From Selaginella moellendorffii (lineage: Eukaryota > Plantae > Lycopodiophyta): a DNA stretch of 64,000 nucleotides. Shown here piece after piece: positions 1 to 9,393 of the stretch; within the stretch, counting starts at the first letter, position 1, and each line of letters opens with the position of its first letter. The notes under the pieces were generated by a model that saw nothing but the letters and a program-made list of their open reading frames with translations, did not search any database and was not told the DNA's origin. The DNA is taken from positions 5,349,876 through 5,413,875 of the forward strand of contig NW_003314262.1 of assembly GCF_000143415.4 (NCBI RefSeq). Direction: 5' to 3'. The translations under genes and the position numbers were made by a program.

Positions 1-774
1 AGTAAGAGGTTTTGGAAATGAATGCAAAATTGCATTACTGAATTAGATGGTCCTTGATGAAGACAATACAATTGTTAAAAGGTATTCTCATAATTATTAA
101 CATGTCCAAATGCATGCTTGAAGATGTTCAAAAGAATGCTTTAATCCTCAAAAGTGGTTATGTTCAAACCATTATACAACTGTAATGTTATCCCTTAAAA
201 ACTGTGGGAAATTCATGAAAATGCCAAATATCATCCCAAAAATGATATATAGCAATCATTATAAAGTGATTGAACCAATGGTACACATCATCCCCAAGAC
301 TTCCATAGAAGAAATCTAGCTAGACACAAGGATTGACACCAAGAGCAAGAGGAGTTGTATTATGTGCTGTGAATGTCATTATCAACTAAGTTTGATTATT
401 CAACTGTAATCATATACATTGAACAATTGCATGAATTACTACTCCAAAGTCAAAACAAGAGGAGGCTACTGCTTTGCCAAGAAGATGAACAAAAAAGAAA
501 AAGTAAAAGAGAAGAAATTAACAAAACTATAAGGAAAAGAAGATCTAAATAATACAAAAGCTAAATTTAAATTAAAATCCCAAATCCAAACACTGTTGAA
601 AGACAATCAAAATTGCCTCCACTAATGAGTGCATGGAATATGGAAATAGAATACAAAAATGTGCATTTCAATTAGCCTAAAGTTTTAATTTATATATAGG
701 AGCAAATGGTCTGGATTGAAATAAATCTAACAGCTATCAAAATCCCACTACACTAATATTACTTGGCCCTCAAA
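1..774 (-). mobile_element. Degenerate copy (5' LTR, PBS, UTR, start of gag) of the Ty3/gypsy element at 30480-43387; truncated by the window edge
   Basis: The reverse complement aligns by eye to 30480-30724 and 38785-39250. Examples: ACTTGGCCCTCAAA at 761-774 matches the LTR start, and AACCAATGGTACACATCATCCCCA matches gag. Most differences are C>T/G>A. Confidence 0.9.
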
Positions 775-889
775 GATTTATCTAATACAGTTTAATAGAA
801 AATTTCTTTTACTCTTATTTGTTGTACTTCTAATACTTTTCAAAATAACAAAACTTGGTTGGAGAGGGAAAAACTTAAAACAACTTGAG

Positions 890-1107
890 AATGGACATGA
901 AGTATTGTCCTGGAATAGATCTCTCCACCTCCTCAAGAGACTTTACATTGTAGTCTACCACACTGCCAAATTTGAGGAGGGACTGGGGCAGCAGTCATTG
1001 GAAGGATACTCACGCAGCTTAATTACGAGCACTGATGTTGTATAGTTTCTGGAACAAAGAAAGAAAGGATTTAGAGTTTTGTCCCTGCAATTGTGTTTTG
1101 AGGCTGG
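890..1107 (-). pseudogene. Deleted fragment duplicated from the GDSL lipase gene
   Basis: TTACGAGCAC.GATGTTGTATAGTT.CTGGAAC.AAGAA.GAAAGGATTTAGAG and flanking blocks match 8087-8415, including intron sequence. Multiple deletions. Confidence 0.85.
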
Positions 1108-1269
1108 AGTGCTCAAGGACGGGGTGTGCGATGACGGAGGTTGTCGAGGCGAGCAGGATGTGGAGCTTTCCCAATCTCGCCACTTCGAGCGAGGGGTTGG
1201 GTTCCCCAAATACGTTTTCAATTTAACTGTGAAATTGAGTCAGGGTTAGGGCTCTTGAGCTAGGGTTTG

Positions 1270-1758
1270 ATGGCGTGGGCGAGGGCGATTGGCGGCTTAT
1301 GCAGGCGCGCGGGCAGCGGCCGCTTAGATTCTCTTTCCAACCCAGGATTCCAGCGGATTTCTAGCTTGTTTGGCCAAAGGGGCTACTGCGCGCCGGTGGC
1401 AGCGCCACTGTCAGATAATTCGGCGGCACCGGCGCTGGCCTACGAGCTCAAGTCCTCGCTCAAGTCTTCGCCGCGGCACGATTTGGCGATGATCTACACT
1501 TGCACGAAGTGTAACACGCGATCGGCCAAGACGTTTAGCAGGGAAACGTACGACAGTGGGGTGGTGATTGTCCGGTGTGGGGGATGTAGCAATCTCCACC
1601 TCATCGCGGACAGACTTGGGATGTTTGGGGACAAGGGGAGCATTGAGGATTTTCTAGCGGAGAGAGGTGAGAAGGTGAAGAGGGAGTCTGAGGATACGTA
1701 TGAGTTTGCGCTCGAGGATTTAGTTGGAGCAAAATCCAGTGAAAATTCTCGGGACTAG
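1270..1758 (+). CDS. DNL-type zinc finger protein (Zim17/Tim15/Hep1 Hsp70 escort), probably mitochondrial
   Basis: YTCTKCNTRS...VVIVRCGGCSNLHLIADRLG motif; Arg-rich N-terminal presequence; intronless; ATG at 1270 follows a telo-box-like TAGGGTTT. Confidence 0.92.
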   Translation: MAWARAIGGLCRRAGSGRLDSLSNPGFQRISSLFGQRGYCAPVAAPLSDNSAAPALAYELKSSLKSSPRHDLAMIYTCTKCNTRSAKTFSRETYDSGVVIVRCGGCSNLHLIADRLGMFGDKGSIEDFLAERGEKVKRESEDTYEFALEDLVGAKSSENSRD

Positions 1759-1789
1759 TTTCTAGTCGATTCTTGCTTAGAATCAAGTC

Positions 1790-2132
1790 TACAGTTCAGT
1801 TGCCCACTCTCGCATCCCGGTAGCATAGCGTTTGACGACACTATCCTGCATGCCCACCAGTGTGGTTTGCACGTAACGTCTTGAGCGCCTGTCCAGAAAC
1901 TTTGGCTTGTCTTTCGGATTCTTCTTGGCGCAGCGCAACCAGAAGAGTCGCCCATCCTATCAAACAGCTCCAAAGCCAGACGATCCTCCGATTTCGACGT
2001 CATTCTTCTCCTCCATCTCGTTCGCGAGCTAGCACTTTGCGTGCATGTCCTGGTACTCGCTGGAGAGGAGGGACACCACTTACGAGCTTGCCCGAGTTGC
2101 AGGAATACTTTGACAGCTCCTGGTTTCAACAC
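1790..2132 (-). pseudogene. Possible PPR gene remnant
   Basis: Scattered PPR-like peptides (LALELFDRM, IVSSNAML) with no continuous repeat frame. Confidence 0.35.
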
Positions 2133-3903
2133 ACCGTTGTCTTTTTGTTTGTTGTCAGCAAACTAGGCTGGGAAATATCTCATTCCCAGCTGTTAGATCA
2201 AAGAATTAAGTAATTCTTTTTACTTGGCTCCACACATTTATAAAAATGGTATATAAATTTAATGACTATAAAATATGATTTGGATATTTAGTTTCTAAAT
2301 TACAGTTATTTTAGATTGAAAATAATGTTGATAATAAACAAAATGGTTGGGTGCCCATAAAACATTTTAACCATGTCCTAGGGCTGTTCATAGCCTTATC
2401 ATTTGGCTTCTTTGCTGAACCATTTATCTATATATAGTTTTTTATTAAAGTTATTTTTTAACTTTAATAATTAAATTTAGAATTCCTTGTGATATAGATA
2501 TTTTAGTACTATCACTATAACTTATTAGGTATTGATATACTAATTCTAGTTTATTTATTAGTTGATAATAAGTTGCAATTATTTATGTAATATCATGAGT
2601 ATTTAAAATTCTAAGTTTTTCAAACTTTGGATAATAAGTTGTTGCAGATAAGTCTTGAAAATAATGAACATTATACAAAAATTGTTTTATACTTTTTATT
2701 GACCATTTGTAAAAGGATATGAATATTTATATATATGAGCTTTTAAATTATTAACTTATTTATTCAAACTGATTATGAATTATTTACTTAAGAAAATTTT
2801 AAACAATGTGTTATAAAGAAAAAAAACTACTTTATTCTAATTTCAATATTTTCTATTATACTTTATATATTCTTAAAACATTTTCACACTTATTTGTATT
2901 GCTTTTTTAGTCTTATAGTGTATTAATTCTGAAAGGAAAATTGTATTCTCTCTAAAAAATAAGAATATAAAAAATGTGCGTAATTTATAGTAGTTTAGTC
3001 GAAAACTTTATACTAATTGTGAATTTTAGTTTTATATGTGAATTTAGCACTACTTATTTGTACTAGTGATGATACTTAAAATGCATTTTCTAATGTCTAA
3101 CAATAGAATGGAAGGTTGTTTCTTATGGATGAAGTGACTAGTTTGATTTGTTAAATAGATTGTTACAAAGTAGTTCATTTAAAATAATGAAATACAATTT
3201 ATAAGTTTATGAATATTATACACAATAGTAGTAAATGAACATTAGCCATCAAAATTAACACACCCTTATACTTAAATTGTTTACTAATATTATATATTAT
3301 TAATACTAGGTTATAACTGAAAACTAAAGAATCATTACTTTTTCTTTTATTTTATGTATTTCCAAACATGCAAAAAGGATAGGACACCATTGCCACTACT
3401 GATTGATGGATGTTTGCTATCTATGTAAACACCATTAAATCCAATATAAGAAGAGAATAGCTGGTTTTCTTGCTCGCACGATACAATCACTCCCGTTTGG
3501 AAGCATCATCTAGAGCTGTTACCACAAGAGCTGCTGAAACTGATGCTCTAAAAGCAACTAGACATTTATGTGAAAAGGATTATATAAATCTTACTCAAGC
3601 AATCTGTTAGAAGTGTCTTATGGCAATGTTGGTTTGGAATCCTGTCACCTGCACCTCTGTGATAGCAAGGATCCGTACTGTGATCAGTACAGAATATATT
3701 AGAATCTAGTATGGTAAGCAAGGAGCTGAAGTGGCAGCAAGGTGTCAGGAGCAAGGAGCTCGAACTGGGTTAAGCGCCTTGTTTTAAGTGTAGATCATCG
3801 CCAAATCGTCTTGAAGCTCATCCGCTGGAACCTCCGGCTGGAAAGACTAGAAGCTAAACTCCCGCTACTCGCGCGCAGCGTGTGCAAATTCAAATTTGAA
3901 ATT

Positions 3904-4596
3904 TCAAACGTATTCGTGGCCGGGCTCTGCGAGTGGCGAGTTCTCGGCCTGCATGCCCGTCTCGTTCCAGTAATCCACGAGAATGAAATCCTCCACGAAC
4001 GGCCCCTCCTTGAGCTTCGCCAGCACCACTTCCGGGCTGTTGTCAATCAGCTCCGCCTCGTCGATCCAGCGGAAGAACGCCAGGTAGCCGAAATCAAACC
4101 CCCTCGCTCGAACCGGCGAGAAATTGGGGCCGCCACCATCGAAGCTCGAGGTCCTGCTCGCCTCGGCGATCTCCGAGACGAGCTGCTCCCTGCCATCGCC
4201 GCACACCCCGTCCTTGAGCCGGCACAGCACGATCCTCTTTGCCTCGAAGAACTGGTCGACGTGCTTCTCGACGCTCGACTCCCAGTCCAGCGCCAAGACG
4301 GACTCGCAGATGGGATTCACGAACTTGTCCATGCAGTAAATCTGCGCTGGGTGGAGCGAAAGCGCGGCCAGCGCCGCCTTGTTCTGGTGCCGCGAGTGGA
4401 GGACGTGCGTGTAGCCACCGCTGAGAATTTTGTGCGCCGGCCATATAGACAGCACCGGTCCGGCCTTGAGGTGGAGGACGCCGTTGATGGCCCGCAGCTT
4501 GTTAAGTTGTTCCACCATCTCGGCTCGCTTCTCGGCCGAAGCCCAGTGCCGGGCCTTGAAAAGAAGGACGTGCTCCACCAGGTGAACGATCGGCAT
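3904..4596 (-). CDS. Stress-responsive A/B barrel (Dabb) domain protein with two domains
   Basis: VEHVLLFK...HLKAGP...GGYTHVLHSRH...HPAQ and a second domain GGPNFSPVRARGFDFG; intronless, 230 aa. Confidence 0.88.
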   Translation of the reverse strand: MPIVHLVEHVLLFKARHWASAEKRAEMVEQLNKLRAINGVLHLKAGPVLSIWPAHKILSGGYTHVLHSRHQNKAALAALSLHPAQIYCMDKFVNPICESVLALDWESSVEKHVDQFFEAKRIVLCRLKDGVCGDGREQLVSEIAEASRTSSFDGGGPNFSPVRARGFDFGYLAFFRWIDEAELIDNSPEVVLAKLKEGPFVEDFILVDYWNETGMQAENSPLAEPGHEYV

Positions 4597-4790
4597 CCTG
4601 GAGCTTCACTGCAAATCTCTGGAAGAAAACCAAGAGCACAAGCGTGAGAATTGTTGTCGCGCTGTTGCTTCACCATCTTGATCACAGCGCTACTTTCACT
4701 GAAGGGAGACTTGCTTTTTCTCACTCGCTCATCGAAACGACAGCACACCTCTTCGTAAACGTCTCCAGAAACTAAAAGATAAGTTTATAA

Positions 4791-4864
4791 TGCCGGAGAG
4801 TGGGATTGAACCACCGACCTTGTGATTTTCAGTCACACGCTCTAACCAAATGAGCTACTCCGGC
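4791..4864 (-). tRNA. tRNA-Phe(GAA), non-canonical body, copy 1
   Basis: GCCGGAG TA GCTC ATTTGGTTA GAGC G TGTGA CTGAAAA TCACA AGGTC GGTGG TTCAATC CCACT CTCCGGC A folds into a full cloverleaf, with a T4 run downstream. Confidence 0.92.
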
Positions 4865-5051
4865 ATCGTGCTGCCCTCATGAAGATATTCACAAGCCTGA
4901 GCGTGCTTTATGCATTGCTAAAATTAATGAAAAACAGCAAAAAGGTAATAAATGGTCGGGAAACTCGGGCAACAGCAATATATTGCAGCAAAAAACTTCC
5001 AAGCGCATGATCCTGCCAAGGTCTGTTTCTTCTTGAAAAAATCTAGACTAG

Positions 5052-5188
5052 AGCTTGCAGCAAGAATACAATGCAACTTTATGCTAAACAAAACCATAGA
5101 CTACATGACTACCATACAGCTTGCAGCAAGAATACAATGCAACATTATGCTAAACAAAACCATAGACTACATGACTACCATACAGCTT
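5052..5188. repeat. 66-bp tandem duplication between the tRNA genes
   Basis: 5052-5117 and 5118-5183 differ at one position. Confidence 0.95.
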
Positions 5189-5190
5189 TA

Positions 5191-5264
5191 TGCCAGAGAG
5201 TGGGATTGAACCACCGACCTTGTGATTTTCAGTCACACGCTCTGACCAAATGAGCTACTCTGGC
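5191..5264 (-). tRNA. tRNA-Phe(GAA), non-canonical body, copy 2
   Basis: Same as copy 1 except A4-T69 in place of G4-C69 and C at 20a. A CAACAA motif lies just upstream, as is typical of plant Pol III tRNA genes. Confidence 0.92.
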
Positions 5265-5503
5265 ACCTTGTTGCCCTACCGATGAACTTCGCGAGCCTGA
5301 GCAAACTTTGTACACCTGCATTGTAAAGTAAAATCTTAGACAAACCATAACTAAAACCAAGAGCTCCTGTATAAAGTGTTCGATCATAAGCACCGGATGA
5401 ATAGTAAAGAAACACTTAACTCTGTTAGCAGAGGGATGAACGCTGAGCAAAGCACAATCCAACAACATGATAGATTAATTTCGCAGCGAGGAAATCATCC
5501 AAT

Positions 5504-6132
5504 CTAAGCAGGATTCACAGTCCTCCTTGCGTCGGTCCACGCCTGAGCAATCGTTTTCTTCATGTTATCGTCGCCCTCGTCGTACATATTCTGCAACAAC
5601 AAGGTCACGATCGATCCAAAACCATGCATCCATGGAAGTTACCTTCGTCAGGTCCATGATGCCAGCCGTCGAATTCTTCCCTTCATCCGGCTTAAACTGT
5701 GCATCCACAATCGATCGTCTCAGACAAGAGAGAAAAGCGCGAAGAACAGACCTTGTCTTCCTTGTAGTGTAGATCGGTCCACCACAAGGCGCTTGGGCTT
5801 GACAATCACATTACTTGCCGCTGGATCTATAGGCTTGTGGAGCCTTGGAACACCCCACCGGTAGTTCTTCCCTGCCAAGACTCGTCCCGGAACTTCGATG
5901 ATACTTTGTCAGCGGAGACACCCTCGATTCCAAGGTAGATCTTCAAACGAGAAGAAAGCAAGTGAGTCGCTAGGCGAGATCGAGAGCTCACCCGCGAGGA
6001 GAGGGAGGATTCGTCGCCGCCAAGGCCGATGCTTGCGATCTCGGCGGAGAGCAGCGATTTCAGTCGCGGCCGCTTGGCTTGATCCAGCAGCGCCTTGAGC
6101 TCCTGGAGATCATCCATGACGTCTGGCGCCAT
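5504..6132 (-). pseudogene. Calcyclin-binding protein (CacyBP/SIP; CS and SGS domains), probably disrupted
   Basis: DLQELKALLDQAKRPRLKSLL; GKNYRWGVPRLHKPIDP; AGIMDLTK|NMYDEGDDNMKKTIAQAW. A frame change or deletion occurs near 5875. Confidence 0.75.
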
Positions 6133-6194
6133 CAATCCGCCCCACAGACCAGGGAATCCCGCTCGCGGCGTCGCCCACTTCGAAGCACATTCGC

Positions 6195-7145
6195 TCTTAT
6201 TTTCTTTCCCCTTGCTTGCCTTGTCTTGCATCGTTAGCTTTGGCTGCTGCATCGAGGCGAGCTTTCCTTCCTTCTCTTCTCTCACGCGAGCGCCATAGCT
6301 CCCTCTCACCTAGAGATCGTCGAGGTACTTGCGCTGTGGAAAGCTCTCGGGGCACAGCTCCTTGAATCGTTTGTAGCATCTCTTGGCCCTCTCTTTCTCG
6401 CCGAGAGAATCATAGAGCAGTCCCTGGAGAAATCGTTGGATAAGTCACAGAAACTTTGAGAGCTAATCGAAGAACTTGGAAGTTCTCGTGAAGTTCTTCG
6501 TCACTCACCTGGCGGAGATATGGACGAAAGTCAGATCTTCCTTGGTCAGTTCCTCGTACTGCTCGAGAGCCTGTGTCAGCTTCTCCTGGAAGAAATCCAC
6601 CACTGGAGCTTAGAACAAGAAAAGAAAAATCTCACAAAGCTAATTCTAGTACCTGAGACGTAAGAATCTGGCCGAGAAGCATCTTAAAGTTGCGAGCTGC
6701 AAAGCTTTCTTTATGGCGGCATGGATCATCTCTAGAACCTGGGAGTCGTCTTCTCCATCTTTCTCCATAGCTAAAGCCAGTTCCTGGAGCAAAAAACACA
6801 CTGGTGCTTCTAAGGAAAACGACTGATTTGCAAAGCCTTCGCGGAGAAAGGTTGGATCTCCACAAGCTCCCGGAACTCCTCCCTGGAATGTCTCACATCC
6901 CCAACAAGCCCGTAAGCTCTGGCTCTCATGAATCTATACTCGAGATGCTCTGGCTCCAACTCGATCATCCTTCCCAGAACCTCAATCGCCTCCCCTCACC
7001 TCGCCATTTTCCATCCTGAGCGAGAGCAAAGCCTTGTAAGCCACCAAGTTGCCCGCCTCCTCCTCGATCGTCTTTAGCACCGCCTTGAGCGTCCTCTCAT
7101 TGGCCTTTGCGCGAAGAACCCTGGACGGAACCTTTGAGCTCTTCC
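6195..7145 (-). pseudogene. SLOW GREEN1-like TPR protein remnant
   Basis: AIEVLGRMIELEPEHLEYRFMRARAY...RNFKMLLGQI...ALEQYEELTKED...QGLLYDSLGEKERAKRCYKRFKELCP. Frameshift near 6985 and an in-frame stop near 6310. Confidence 0.7.
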
Positions 7146-7149
7146 CTGG

Positions 7150-7375
7150 CTTCTCGACGAGCTCTCTCTTGATTCCTTCTCTGCGTTTGAGCTCCCAGAA
7201 GATCACGTAGTGCGCACGAACAGCGGTGGAATTGCCGTAGGCTATGAAGTTCGCGACCTCGATCCCTGCCTCTTTTAACACCTCCTTTACCACATTTTGG
7301 AGCTCTTGCTCGTCGACCATCTCGTTTTGGACGCTCAGAACCGCGTTCTTGCGGTGGCTAAAAGCCAGCTGGGAA
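7150..7375 (-). pseudogene. GH3 acyl-acid amido synthetase C-terminal fragment
   Basis: RKNAVLSVQNEMVDEQELQ...HYVIFWEL resembles the GH3 motif RKNxxLS...PGHYVIFWEL. The rest of the gene is absent. Confidence 0.75.
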
Positions 7376-7771
7376 AAACTTGATACTTTCATCATAGCGT
7401 GGTTATTAGGAATTCTCAACCATTCATTTAAGGAACCTATAGCCAAACTAAATAAGGTTGCAAGTGATCTAAAATGCACTTGTATAGCTAATAAAAGATG
7501 GCAAAAGCATTATGGCATTGATGGGTTGCAGACATTATATAAGGCACCACCACCACCTATTTTGCATAGAGCCGCTAAAAGCAATCTCCTCTAAGTAAGA
7601 CATTTAATTTACATCTGGACCATGTGGACACGCTTACCTTTGCTCAACACCATTTACTCATTTTAGTCAGTCGGGATCCCAAGTTCAATTACGGAATTTG
7701 CTTTTGTTTTCTCTCCGCTGACATATAGTGAAACCATAAATTCAATGGTGGTGTAATTTATTTTTATAGTT

Positions 7772-9130
7772 TCAACTGGAGGTAACTAGTTGATAGACGT
7801 TGATCGGGTGATTTACATCCGGCCCTCCACGAAAGGCTTTGATAGCAACATCTCGAGCAACTCCAGCAGTAGGATGGAACTCATCGAAGAAAATGTGTTG
7901 CGATGGATTGGAGCAATATGGAACTTTGGGCAGACAGAAGAAAGAGCCTCTGTAAGGACCGATACCACAGCAAGCAGTCCCTGTGACCTTGAATCCTGCT
8001 CGGGAAAGTAAAGACATAAAACCTGAGACCTGGAGATCCAAAGGGTAAAACTTGAGATGCTCACCGTGCTGGCTTGGATTGTTGTAGATGGACATGAACG
8101 AGTAGTACGAGTCCGTGTAGACGGTCCTGAGACCAGGAAGAGATCTCTCCACCTCCACGAGGAGGGACTTGAGTCCTACATTGTAGTCCACCGCGAGTTT
8201 GTTCACAAAGTCTATGCACTCGTCGTTCTTGCTGCCGAATTTGAAGAGGGACTGGGGGCAGCAGCCGATGGGAGGCATGCTCACGACATGCAGCTTACGA
8301 GCACCGATGTTGTATAGTTCCTGGAACGAAGAAGGAAAGGATTTAGAGCTTCGTCCCGTGACGAAGGCTTTAAGTTTTGGAAAGCAACGAACCTGCAATT
8401 GCGATTTGAGGCTGGACAGCAGCAAGGCCTGGAATTGAGCGGGAGTTCCTTCCCTCGGCCTGACGAGATAATTGTTGAGATAGTCGTTGCTTCCCGTGAC
8501 AACAGAGAACAAGGCCTTGCTGAGAAGCGTCCTCGTGCGTTTTTCTCCAATAAGCTCTTGGATTTCCTGCTTAACTTTGTGCATGCTTTTCAGTTGAGAG
8601 CCCATTGGCATGTTCTGCCCCTGCAAGAAAACGCTCCAAAGCAAGGGTCAGCTCCAGATTTGCTGTTGACAAGAACTTACGAAAATCTTTCCAGTGAAAT
8701 CAAGGATTCCAGAGCCTGAGGACGCAAAGTTGACGCCGAGGAGAAGCTTGCTGCCTTTGGTAGAGGGGTCCAGATAAGCGGGAACGAAAGGCAGTCCCAG
8801 AAGCTCAGCTGTTCACCACGACGGGAAAAGAACAAAAACGAAGTTAACACACAAAAAGTCTTGCAAAGGTGACTTACTCAGGTAGTCGACTGAAACTCTC
8901 CCATTGCTGAATCGCCCCGTTGCAATGTGCGTGTCAAAGTCGACTCCATACGGATGGAAGTTGCTCTTGGCAAGCGTGAAGAGATGGTTGTTGTTGCCAA
9001 CGTCAACCAGGGAGTCTCCAAAGATGAAGTACGCGGGAACGAGCGGAGAGCTCGCATTTGCTGCCCAAGACCCAGAGATCCAAAGGATCCACTGGAGCAC
9101 GACGGCGAGCAAAATACGAGAGAGTTGCAT
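7772..9130 (-). CDS. GDSL esterase/lipase, secreted, multi-exon
   Basis: Signal peptide, [41 protein letters not shown]. Confidence 0.95.
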
Positions 9131-9393
9131 CCTCTCGCCCGTTCGGATCCTTTCCCCTCGCCCGCTGCTTATATTCGTGTCTTTTCCTCTCCTTTTACCT
9201 GTCGAGTGAGGAAGGTTGGTGCTTTTGCTTTCGATTTTTGGTTCTGTCGTTCATGTGACTCCATTAAATGAGAGTTCTAAACTTGGTTATTTTTGACCCG
9301 CCAAAGGGGCACCGCTGTATTAATGTTGTCAATATGCAATTTACGCTTCCAACAACAATTACCTGTTTAGGCGCCTCACGTCTACAGTAAAGC

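Noticed and set aside
3742-4647. 301-aa plus-strand ORF
   Set aside because: It is the antisense shadow of the GC-rich Dabb gene and has no recognisable motif.
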